Shown here: positions 26,002-36,745 of the stretch, one piece after another
Layout: every line of letters starts with the position of its first letter
How positions within the stretch are numbered: position 1 is the stretch's first letter
Assembly: GCA_964594475.1 (NCBI GenBank)
Contig: CAZQMI010000001.1
Coordinates: forward strand, 2,524-65,551
Source: an uncultured Thermoplasmatales archaeon
Lineage (GTDB): Archaea > Thermoplasmatota > E2 > DHVEG-1
Reading direction: 5' to 3'
DNA length: 63,028 bases
Notes under the pieces: generated by a model
Databases searched by the model: none
Told to the model about the DNA's origin: nothing
Seen by the model: the letters and a program-made list of their open reading frames with translations, nothing else
Translations under genes and position numbers: made by a program

Positions 26002-26817
26002 TTACTTCTTCGTGCTCTTGGAAGAAGACTTCGACTTCGGAGTCGTAGCAGCCTTCTTCATGCTCTTGGATTTGCTGGCTCCTTTGCTGGCAGCCTTGGC
26101 ACGCTTCTTGGCGTTACGCTGTTTCGTTTTCTTGGACTTGACCGGTTTGTCCAGTACCACCAGGTTCTTGCTCTTTCCCTTCTCATCTTTCTCGAGACTG
26201 AGATGGTGCCGCACGACCGCTTTGTCATCAACCGGCTCTCCAACAGTCTTGGCCAGCTTCGTGGCGATCTCCACTGCGTCTTTGGGCACGGACTGCTTCT
26301 TACCGAGTCCGTCGACCATTTTGATCTTGTGTCCGGTAAAGTTGTACGGCCACTTCCGGATGCCCTTGACAACGGCTTTCACATGACGGTACTTGATACC
26401 ACCAGTAAGGGTTGTTTCTTTGCTTTCCGTTTTCGTCTGCTTTGTGCTCTTGCTCATCTTTGTTCCTCCTCTCGACCGGGATTTAGTTTCTACTTCAACA
26501 CCATAGATTGTTTGAGATGTCACCTTTCTACATTTTTCTCTGTCCGGACATCTCTTACACTCTCTCGAACTTTCGAAAAAGTTACGCCCAAAACACTCCT
26601 CTTTTTCACCTCCTTTCGGAAGAAGATCTTTTATTCCTAAATCTTTCAATTTGTTCTTAGCGAACACTGACAACTGAGACAGATAGTCCGGCTTGGCTTT
26701 GTTTATAGCCTTACGAATTGCTTTAAGCGCAAGTTCTGACTCAACGGTAGTCGTAAAAGCTAAACCGAGTTCTCTACCAAGTAGAATAATATCATTGTCA
26801 ACCACAACGTCCTCCAT
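26002..26817 (-). CDS. Hypothetical DNA-binding-like protein with the same Cys motif as 24810..25910 and a histone-H1-like K/S/A tail
   Basis: ECFGRNFFESSRECKRCPDREKCRKVT. C-terminus KSKKTKQRNAKKRAKAASKGASKSKSMKKAATTPKSKSSSKSTKK. Confidence 0.6.
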   Translation of the reverse strand: MEDVVVDNDIILLGRELGLAFTTTVESELALKAIRKAINKAKPDYLSQLSVFAKNKLKDLGIKDLLPKGGEKEECFGRNFFESSRECKRCPDREKCRKVTSQTIYGVEVETKSRSRGGTKMSKSTKQTKTESKETTLTGGIKYRHVKAVVKGIRKWPYNFTGHKIKMVDGLGKKQSVPKDAVEIATKLAKTVGEPVDDKAVVRHHLSLEKDEKGKSKNLVVLDKPVKSKKTKQRNAKKRAKAASKGASKSKSMKKAATTPKSKSSSKSTKK

Positions 26818-26837
26818 TCTGCAAGTATAGAACTCTT

Positions 26838-27515
26838 TTATCTTGAAATGTCAAGTTCAAAATTCAGTCCGACCTGCCAATCCGGAAAAATCTGGTGACA
26901 AGAATCCTGTATCTCTCGAATACATTCTCGAATGGAACTCCGTGATTCACCAAAATACTCTGACAGTGTAGCAACCAACTTAGGCTTCTCGTATGCAGTA
27001 AAACCGGAAACCTGGTTCAGATGCTTCTTACGGAGTTTATGAACAACCAGCAGTTTATGAAACGCAGGATCAGGATCGGTTATCTGCTTCAAGATTGCCA
27101 CCGACAGAGGCGTCAACATAAACTTCAGTTCTTCAATCTGCTCTTTGAATACGATGAGATCAAAGGCACTTTCTACTTCAGTATATTCCTGAGTAAGGTC
27201 TATAAAGCTGGAAGTCTCTTCTGTTTCAAGAGCAGAAAAGTTAACTTCTTCTTGCCTCTTGTCTCTGTTATACCACTTCTCCAAAAGAGAGATCATGTGT
27301 CTTTTAACAGCTGTGGCATAACTTCTCAGGAAGCATTCCTTTTTGTGCTTACCTTTAACAATATACTCAGCCAGTTTTTCCAAACACTCGGCACGCAACT
27401 CTTCTCTGTTAAGAAAAGAATTGTACCGACGGTTAAACTTTTTAGAGTATATGTTAATTATCTTTTGTACTTCTTTTGCTTCATCCGGTTCCAAAATGGA
27501 AGATAAATCGATCAT
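26838..27515 (-). CDS. Sigma-factor-like protein
   Basis: EELRAECLEKLAEYIVKGKHKKECFLRSYATAVKRHMISLLEK (region-2-like). C-terminal HTH-like LSEYFGESRSSIRECIREI. I prefer ATG 27515, downstream of GTGAGGAGGG, over the GTG at 27530. Confidence 0.45.
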   Translation of the reverse strand: MIDLSSILEPDEAKEVQKIINIYSKKFNRRYNSFLNREELRAECLEKLAEYIVKGKHKKECFLRSYATAVKRHMISLLEKWYNRDKRQEEVNFSALETEETSSFIDLTQEYTEVESAFDLIVFKEQIEELKFMLTPLSVAILKQITDPDPAFHKLLVVHKLRKKHLNQVSGFTAYEKPKLVATLSEYFGESRSSIRECIREIQDSCHQIFPDWQVGLNFELDISR

Positions 27516-27865
27516 CCTTGCCCTCCTCACACGAAATCTATTTTTATCTTTAGTAGGTATGTTATTAAATTTTACTAACTAATAACTTTTAAGCAAGGAA
27601 AAAATCAAAAGTATTTTCGACTTCAAAACGAACCGGACGGTGCGCAATGGAAATTTTACGCAGGTCGAACTTGTCCAACGTCGAAACAAAATTATTATCA
27701 ACCTCCAATATTCATCACCTCCTCTGTCACAATATGGTTTTTAGGGATATCTTAAATTAACTTAGAAGCCATTTTAGCCAAAACCTGTCGACTCTAAGAT
27801 AATTATAACCTCAACAGTATAAAAAACCGAGCGTCTGATCTCAGAATGACCAGGATAGGCTTATT

Positions 27866-28585
27866 TTAGCAGTCAACCAGGCAGTTGGGGTCGTCTCCGG
27901 AGCCGACTTGGTCGCTGAGTCCAATATAGTCAGCCTCCTGGTAACCTATAGATTCAGCCATAGCGTCTACGGATAACCTTCTCGACCGGCCCTCCTTCAA
28001 AGTCCAGTCTGATAAGAAGTCATCTATCTTGGCCAGCTTGTCAGCGACAACCAACTCGAACTTGCCTTCCCAACCCTCGACATCCTGTTGCTTCAACTCC
28101 TTAAACCGCTCTCCCAATCTATGGACTGCACCCATAGAGTAAGACTTACGAAGTCTCTTTTCTGTAAATCTATTACGGGACATCTTTTTGATCGTAGAGC
28201 GTAAGTAACGATACATCTCTACTGCCACTCTTACATCAGCTTCATGTCCAATAAACTGGATGTTCTTCCTCCTGTTACTCTTGCCAGGTATCTTACAGGC
28301 CAGTATCACAGATCGTACTGGTACATACTCTGACATGGTGTTAGCAAGGTAGCCTTCCCATGTCTTTACTCTTTTGTTATAGTTTGCGGCCTTAGTGACG
28401 ATTGCTTCTTCGGGCTCATCTTTTCTACCTTTTACATCAGAGATACTGAGGTCATACTTAGCCAACAAAGTTCTGGCCATTTTGGCAGCGGTCACTGCCT
28501 CTTCTTCAGAAGGATTGTTCTCAGACAAGCTGAGTATCTTTTTGATGCGGTCAAGCACTTTGTCCAGCTTACTCTCGACAGACAT
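27866..28585 (-). CDS. DUF2786-like protein
   Basis: LDRIKKILSLSENNPSEEEAVTAAKMARTLLAKYDLS matches the DUF2786 N-terminal pattern. Confidence 0.55.
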   Translation of the reverse strand: MSVESKLDKVLDRIKKILSLSENNPSEEEAVTAAKMARTLLAKYDLSISDVKGRKDEPEEAIVTKAANYNKRVKTWEGYLANTMSEYVPVRSVILACKIPGKSNRRKNIQFIGHEADVRVAVEMYRYLRSTIKKMSRNRFTEKRLRKSYSMGAVHRLGERFKELKQQDVEGWEGKFELVVADKLAKIDDFLSDWTLKEGRSRRLSVDAMAESIGYQEADYIGLSDQVGSGDDPNCLVDC

Positions 28586-28606
28586 ATTATCCTCCTAAAA
28601 GGAAAG

Positions 28607-29149
28607 TTATTCGATTCCACGTTTGGCCTTCTCGTATTCCCACATACTTTCCGAGTACTCCTTCCACCGGGCAGCTTCCATCTCCATTGCTCTACGGTTG
28701 GCTGCTTTCTCTTTTTCTTCCTTTGCTTTGACCATAGCCTCTTTGATAAAGTCCTCTCTGGTATTTGGATCGATCCATGGCGCAGTACTACCAATACCCC
28801 AGAGCGCAATAAGAACCAATGCTGCTATCCTGATGCGTTTGCGTTTTGTGGTTTCCGGCTTGATACGCCACACAAAATAGAAGGCCGCCAGAGATATATA
28901 GATAAACAGCATAGGACGAACGATCACAGGCCGGTATCCAACCCCATACCATTCTTCACCCACGAATGATGCAATAATCACTGTGGATAAAGCAAAGATA
29001 GTATAGTTGAAATACCACCGGTAATCTTTGAGAAAGGTACCGAAAGATGAACTCTCCATTTTTTCCGCACGTTTCTTCGCTTCTTCGTTTCCGTTTTCTC
29101 CCTGTTTTTTGTAATAATTGATCCTTGAATTATAAAGTAAACTAAGCAT
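28607..29149 (-). CDS. Membrane protein (about 3 TM helices)
   Basis: FNYTIFALSTVIIASFVG, MLFIYISLAAFYFVW, IAALVLIALWGIG. An AAGGAG SD is present. Confidence 0.5.
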   Translation of the reverse strand: MLSLLYNSRINYYKKQGENGNEEAKKRAEKMESSSFGTFLKDYRWYFNYTIFALSTVIIASFVGEEWYGVGYRPVIVRPMLFIYISLAAFYFVWRIKPETTKRKRIRIAALVLIALWGIGSTAPWIDPNTREDFIKEAMVKAKEEKEKAANRRAMEMEAARWKEYSESMWEYEKAKRGIE

Positions 29150-29426
29150 TTTGTTCTCTCCTTAAACTGCAAATGATGCACCAACCTCTCCTCTCTGCTT
29201 CTTCCGGGGTCATGTTACCCATACGGCAACAATCAACTTCTTCAACAAGCAGGTCCAAGAACCCGTCTGGAGAATTATCAGAGACGATGTTGGGCAATTT
29301 AGATTTTGTTTTGGCTACAACTGACACAATGAAAAAACCAACGAACTTGGAAACGTTGGCTCTCACTCTTTTGTCACTGCTCTTATTCAATCGATATCGC
29401 TTTACTTTAACCCTCCTCTTCGCCAT
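29142..29426 (-). CDS. Hypothetical basic protein
   Basis: 94-aa ORF with a GGGAGGAG SD. Confidence 0.4.
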   Translation of the reverse strand: MAKRRVKVKRYRLNKSSDKRVRANVSKFVGFFIVSVVAKTKSKLPNIVSDNSPDGFLDLLVEEVDCCRMGNMTPEEAERRGWCIICSLRREQNA

Positions 29427-29703
29427 TGGCTCCTCCCTCCCTCATATCTTTTTTACGTCTGGCTTCCATCTTAGCCAACTCCAAAACCGGAGCAATAAAA
29501 TTGGCATTGGCTGCTATACCACTCGAGATAATTTGGCTTAGCAGTTGTTCTCGAGTACCCGGATATATCCTTTCCAAAAGTTCCAGGGTTACGGCATCAG
29601 TACCATCCAGATCAAACTGAACAGAAGTATGGAAGTGTTCACCTCGATCGTGTCGAAGAATAAGGTCGCTCAGTTCATCAAAGTCTATTTGTTTGAACGG
29701 CAT
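29407..29703 (-). CDS. Hypothetical protein, first gene after a 219-nt intergenic region
   Basis: 98-aa ORF with a GGAGAC SD. Confidence 0.4.
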   Translation of the reverse strand: MPFKQIDFDELSDLILRHDRGEHFHTSVQFDLDGTDAVTLELLERIYPGTREQLLSQIISSGIAANANFIAPVLELAKMEARRKKDMREGGANGEEEG

Positions 29704-29840
29704 AATTGTCTCCAGTAAGCAAAATAAAAGTGGGAGGCTCTGCTCGCCACGGCAACCCCTCGGCTAGCTTCAACAACATGAGATAAGTACCTCAGTCTCC
29801 ACCTCCGAGTTGTAAACTCAACACCAATTTATTGTCGGCG

Positions 29841-29874
29841 CATGACAATATAAGTCACATGACAATATAAGTGC
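29841..29874. repeat. Two tandem 17-nt repeats (CATGACAATATAAGT + 2 nt), plus an inverted ATTGTC copy at 29831..29836
   Basis: Read directly from the sequence. It sits about 140-170 nt upstream of the minus-strand gene that starts at 29703. Confidence 0.85.
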
Positions 29875-29922
29875 TGTACACGGTCGCTCGTATCCTCCCA
29901 TAGGCTCCAATATCAATTTGTA

Positions 29923-30987
29923 TTAACCCGTAACAAACTTGCGTATCTGTTTCTCAACATCACTGAGGGAAGAGAGAAGGTCTTTGGACTTGTCCTCCAT
30001 GTAAGAGGCATAGGCTTCCACCTTCGTCCTGATCTTCAAAACTTCCTTGAGCCGATTGCTCACCGTCGACTCGATACGGCTGCTCTCTCCATCCAGTTTG
30101 GACACTTTCCGGTTGAGATCTTCCATAAGACTTTCCGCTTCACTGACCAACGCCCTCCTGAGAGCACGACGGCTGTTCGTACCTTCAGGCATCGGGACAA
30201 AGTCAAACACGCTGTTGCCCGGAACCAGTTCGAAGAGGTTCATCATCTTCTCGCCGATTTCTTTTCCACAGTAAGGAACAAAGTAAACACCACCGGCCTT
30301 CCTCATGCGGATGAGGTCAGCTTCATTGTTAAAGGTCCGCTTGACAAACTTCCGGAACTCGGTAGTGGTATAAGTTTCCGATGTTTCTTTGAACAACTTA
30401 ATTACATCTTTGCGCAGCTTCTGATCATCTGACACAACGAACTCTTCAGGTATCTTACCTTTACGAAGAGGATCCTTCGCGATAGCAACTCTCGACTTGT
30501 ACTTGAAAGATACCTTGGAGTCAACGGTTTCGTCATACTTGTCGTCCGAGAGTTCTCTCTCATCGATCTGGTAGAGTATCTTGACAGGATCTTCCTCAAC
30601 CAGAGTAAGGGTCTCCTCTTTGACCAACTGGTCCAGAGCACGGTGGAAGGCGGTACTGGGTCCAATCTCATGAGCGTATTGTTCCCAGCCTTCCACGTTG
30701 ACCTTCTTGAGTATTTCCAGGAACTTCCTTCGGGAGACACACACGGATTCACAGTCCCAGTAAGCCCAGTACCCGAGGATACCATCACCGGTAGCAGAGA
30801 GAGCCTTGTTCTTCAACTCGATCCTCTTGCGTTCATTCTCTTCACGCTTTGCCCGTTTCTCCTTACGGGTGAGTTTGGTGGCATCCTTCTCTTTGTCCGA
30901 GGACGGCTTACGCTTCTTAGTTGCATCCTTGGTGGACTTCTTAGTTGTCGTCGATTTCTTGATACTGCCTTTCTTTTTTGCGGCCAT
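29923..30987 (-). CDS. Hypothetical protein with a lysine-rich N-terminus. Third gene of the RavA/ViaA-like cluster.
   Basis: 354-aa ORF. MAAKKKGSIKKSTTTKKSTKDATKKRKPSSDKEKD..., conserved-looking RMRKAGGVYFVPYCG, and a C-terminal coiled coil. GTGAGGAGGG leader. Confidence 0.6.
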   Translation of the reverse strand: MAAKKKGSIKKSTTTKKSTKDATKKRKPSSDKEKDATKLTRKEKRAKREENERKRIELKNKALSATGDGILGYWAYWDCESVCVSRRKFLEILKKVNVEGWEQYAHEIGPSTAFHRALDQLVKEETLTLVEEDPVKILYQIDERELSDDKYDETVDSKVSFKYKSRVAIAKDPLRKGKIPEEFVVSDDQKLRKDVIKLFKETSETYTTTEFRKFVKRTFNNEADLIRMRKAGGVYFVPYCGKEIGEKMMNLFELVPGNSVFDFVPMPEGTNSRRALRRALVSEAESLMEDLNRKVSKLDGESSRIESTVSNRLKEVLKIRTKVEAYASYMEDKSKDLLSSLSDVEKQIRKFVTG

Positions 30988-31002
30988 TTGATTCCCTCCT
31001 CA

Positions 31003-32388
31003 CTAAATAGAGAATAAGTTTTTGTATTGTTCGTCACTAACCTTCTGCACAGTAGGTATAACTGCACACAGGTCCGATATGTCTTTGACTGAGTCCTTAA
31101 ACTTCTGTAGTAATCCTCCTTCCTCATGTTCGCTGCTTATTAAAAAGGAATGTAAACTGAACCCAATTTTGCGCTTGCGTGCAAGAAACTTGGACTTCCA
31201 GTCTAAGGTCAAGGGTGCGAACCCATCAGTCACCAGTAGCATATCTGGCTTCTTCGATGTATCTTGGGACCTCTCCACTACTGAAGCAGCACGGGACAGA
31301 GGATACATGAAGTCGGTACCTCCACAGGGGAAGAACTTGAGAAGGTCTATGATGTTCTTTCCAACGACCTTACCTGATTCAAGCAGCTTTCTATCAAACA
31401 TAACACCAGCATTGAACAAAATAGCATGCAAATCTCTATGTTGTTCTTTGCATAATTTGTGCAGTGTTAGCAAGACTGCTTTGGACCAGGTAAACTTATC
31501 GTCTGCCAGCATAGAAAACGATACGTCTATCATAACAACTACTGGACCCTTCTCAAGAGGCTCCGTACCACCACGTAGTTTGTACTGCATGAGTTTGCCT
31601 TCTACAAAGTCCATACAGAACTGTCGCTTGTTACGCTTCATCTTTATAAACTCCGACGGCAACAAACGGTGTATATCACGTCCTGTACCAACTTCGTATA
31701 ACTCATCTACTCCGTGAGTCAACTTACTATCCTGTGCCTTACGTGCGGACGTCTCCATCTGTCCCGTCATCTTGATCATCTTCATGACTTCAGGATTTTG
31801 GCGGATCATTCTTGACAGCGTCAGCAACTCGGCTTCGTCAACGTCCGGACTCTCTAAGGGAGAGGCCTGGGAACCAGCCAACAGTCCTGCGGCTATTTCA
31901 AGGCTGTCCGTATATTTCTGGGCATCCTTAGTTGCCGTGTTTATAAGCAACCGCAGTTCAGTGGCTGAGTCGGAATTGACGTCATCAATATCTGTACCGT
32001 GCTGGCTCATCTCAGACAGGTAACTCATACCACGCTGAGAATTGCGCATAAGGCTGTCAACAATCTTACTGGACAGGGTCCAGGCAGCAACCGCAGACGT
32101 CTTCTGATTGAACTTGGATTTAGACCGGAGTTCTTCCACTTCATCTGTCAACCGGAAGCCTTCAACCAGGTTAGCAATGGAAGGGTCTCCATCAAACTGG
32201 CCGTTTACTCGAGGCTTCGATTTGTAAAGAAGGCTATAGAACTCTTGTCCCAAGTTCTTCACCCAATCTTCGGAGAGTGAAGTATCCGTATGCTTGGATG
32301 GTTTCAACTCCAAGGACAGATCTTTAGTCGAGTCTTCAAAAGCAAGACGGTCGAACTCATCCCTAACTATATAGTTTGAATTGTCCAT
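31003..32388 (-). CDS. von Willebrand factor A domain protein (ViaA-like)
   Basis: C-terminal VWA domain with a MIDAS-like VVVMIDVSFSM, plus ...CGGTDF... and LLVTDGFA. Confidence 0.8.
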   Translation of the reverse strand: MDNSNYIVRDEFDRLAFEDSTKDLSLELKPSKHTDTSLSEDWVKNLGQEFYSLLYKSKPRVNGQFDGDPSIANLVEGFRLTDEVEELRSKSKFNQKTSAVAAWTLSSKIVDSLMRNSQRGMSYLSEMSQHGTDIDDVNSDSATELRLLINTATKDAQKYTDSLEIAAGLLAGSQASPLESPDVDEAELLTLSRMIRQNPEVMKMIKMTGQMETSARKAQDSKLTHGVDELYEVGTGRDIHRLLPSEFIKMKRNKRQFCMDFVEGKLMQYKLRGGTEPLEKGPVVVMIDVSFSMLADDKFTWSKAVLLTLHKLCKEQHRDLHAILFNAGVMFDRKLLESGKVVGKNIIDLLKFFPCGGTDFMYPLSRAASVVERSQDTSKKPDMLLVTDGFAPLTLDWKSKFLARKRKIGFSLHSFLISSEHEEGGLLQKFKDSVKDISDLCAVIPTVQKVSDEQYKNLFSI

Positions 32389-32391
32389 AGG

Positions 32392-33510
32392 TCATACCCT
32401 CACTAACTTCTCGGAAAGGTCCTTGAGGTGCTTATCGATCTTAGACAACAGGTCTTTGAGCGCCGGAGACTGGGAATCGGCATACGACACCTTGATTCGA
32501 TTGCGTATGTCCTTAACCTTCGCAATTACTTCAGCACATTCATCCTGGGAATTGTAGGAGCCCGCATTAAGAACACTTTGCAGTTCGTTGCTGAAATCCA
32601 AAGCCACCTTAGCAGCTGGGTCAGCAATATCGAGAACAATGGACGTTACCTTATTGATCTGATCTTCAGTTACCCACAGAACATCTTTGAGGATAAAGAG
32701 GTCCTTACGAGTGACTGCTCCTTTACGCTCACAAAGGAAAGCATAAGCACGGAGAAGATTTTCGGCTTGTCTCCATTTACGATCGGACACCCGTATGTTC
32801 TCAGCGTTGAGTCTGGTACGCAATTGAAGTAAGTCCTTAATAACTTCATCTGGTATGTGCATAGACAGCGCCTCTTTCTGGACTGCCCTCAGTTCTTCGA
32901 AGGTGATCTTCGGTACGTCCTTGGCATCGATGGGTGACATATTCAAAAGCTGAAAGAAGTTCTCATTGGAAACATAGTCCACTTTGAACTTAAATGCAAT
33001 CCGGTCGTAGATAGCACCCAGTTCATCGCCTTCTGGGAACTCATTTGATGCACAGATCATGGACACCAGTGGTACCCGCATTTCCTTCGTACCATTCCGG
33101 TAAATGCGTTCATTGGTAATCTTGAGCAGCGCATTATTGATAGCGCTGTTAGCCTTCCAGATTTCGTCCAGGAACAGTATGTTAGACTCCGGGATCATCC
33201 CCTCAGTCTTTCTTTCGTAAACGTCTTCTTCGTCCATCTTCTTGACGCTTATCTGACCGAAAAGGTCTTCCGGTGCCGTAAACTTGTTCATGAGATATCC
33301 AAAGTATCGTGAACCTTCAACGGAAGCACACACGCACTCAGCGAGTATGCTCTTGGCCGTACCGGGAGGACCAATCATGAACACGTGCTCACTGGCAATA
33401 AGACCTACCAGACAGCCTCGTATCTCGTCCTCCCGCTCAATCAACTTTTCATTCAACCAGTCCCTTATGTCAGACAACTTCTTTCTGGTCTTACCTAAAG
33501 TAATAGACAT
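32392..33510 (-). CDS. MoxR-family AAA+ ATPase (RavA-like)
   Basis: EHVFMIGPPGTAKSILAE, YLMNKFTAPEDLFG, ILFLDEIWKANSAINNALLKITNERIYRNG, ASNEFPEGDELGAIYDR. These align closely with the E. coli RavA motifs as I recall them. Confidence 0.9.
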   Translation of the reverse strand: MSITLGKTRKKLSDIRDWLNEKLIEREDEIRGCLVGLIASEHVFMIGPPGTAKSILAECVCASVEGSRYFGYLMNKFTAPEDLFGQISVKKMDEEDVYERKTEGMIPESNILFLDEIWKANSAINNALLKITNERIYRNGTKEMRVPLVSMICASNEFPEGDELGAIYDRIAFKFKVDYVSNENFFQLLNMSPIDAKDVPKITFEELRAVQKEALSMHIPDEVIKDLLQLRTRLNAENIRVSDRKWRQAENLLRAYAFLCERKGAVTRKDLFILKDVLWVTEDQINKVTSIVLDIADPAAKVALDFSNELQSVLNAGSYNSQDECAEVIAKVKDIRNRIKVSYADSQSPALKDLLSKIDKHLKDLSEKLVRV

Positions 33511-33537
33511 CGTTCCCTCCTCACAGTTAGTTTTTGT

Positions 33538-36130
<2,593 letters not shown>

Positions 36131-36237
36131 ACCTAATCCCTCCTCACATAACAATTCGATGAATGGCTGCCATCGTCAGGCCTGAACAACCACGCTCAGA
36201 CGACTGGGAGAAATCACCGCTCCCAGTTTCGGCGGTA

Positions 36238-36627
36238 CTAAACAGACTGACTGAGTACCTGGTTGATTCGCGACATCGGAAACTTGTAGATGCTGCCAGA
36301 AGAGTCCTTGGCCAGCACCGGATACTTCCGAGCCCGTGGTTTGATGCCACAGATAGTAAACGACTTGCCTCGGCTGTCAAACGTGCGACCGTAGTCCTCC
36401 GGAGACAGCCCCAGAGCCGGTGCGTACCGATTGAACTCTTCCCGCTCTTTGTCGAAGTCTTCCCCATCAACCGTTGTCGGTGTGGCCAGGATTTTCATCG
36501 TGGCCTCGGTATGGGAGTACCGTATGTTACCACTAACTTCAAACCGCACATCTTCCATACCGATGTTATTCAGAGCCTCGGAAACAGCTTCACGGATTTC
36601 CTTAACTTTCGATTTCGTAAAACGCAT
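36238..36627 (-). CDS. Hypothetical protein
   Basis: 129-aa ORF with a TGTGAGGAGGACGTTATG leader. An antisense 167-aa plus-strand ORF was rejected. Confidence 0.5.
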   Translation of the reverse strand: MRFTKSKVKEIREAVSEALNNIGMEDVRFEVSGNIRYSHTEATMKILATPTTVDGEDFDKEREEFNRYAPALGLSPEDYGRTFDSRGKSFTICGIKPRARKYPVLAKDSSGSIYKFPMSRINQVLSQSV

Positions 36628-36664
36628 AACGTCCTCCTCACAATAAAAGGGTCAACATTAAAAT

Positions 36665-36688
36665 GAAGTCATGGCCACGCATGACTTC
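36665..36688 (-). terminator. Perfect 9-bp hairpin (GAAGTCATG/CATGACTTC), a possible attenuator or terminator
   Basis: Read directly from the sequence. On the minus strand it is followed by ATTTTAAT. It lies between two minus-strand genes. Confidence 0.4.
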
Positions 36689-36745
36689 AACGACCAGATG
36701 AACAACACCAACAGTATCGACAAGATACCGGACTGCAGGAAACGC

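Noticed and set aside
25990-26640. 216-aa plus-strand ORF (with a nested 130-aa ORF) antisense to 26002..26817
   Set aside because: It is Leu/Ser/Arg-rich low-complexity sequence, typical of the antisense strand of a Lys/Glu-rich gene. It has no SD. The minus-strand ORF has recognisable motifs and a terminator.
31022-31717. 231-aa plus-strand ORF antisense to the VWA gene
   Set aside because: It lies within the GC-richer block, where stop codons are rarer on all frames. The minus-strand ORF carries a clear VWA/MIDAS domain, and this ORF has no SD.
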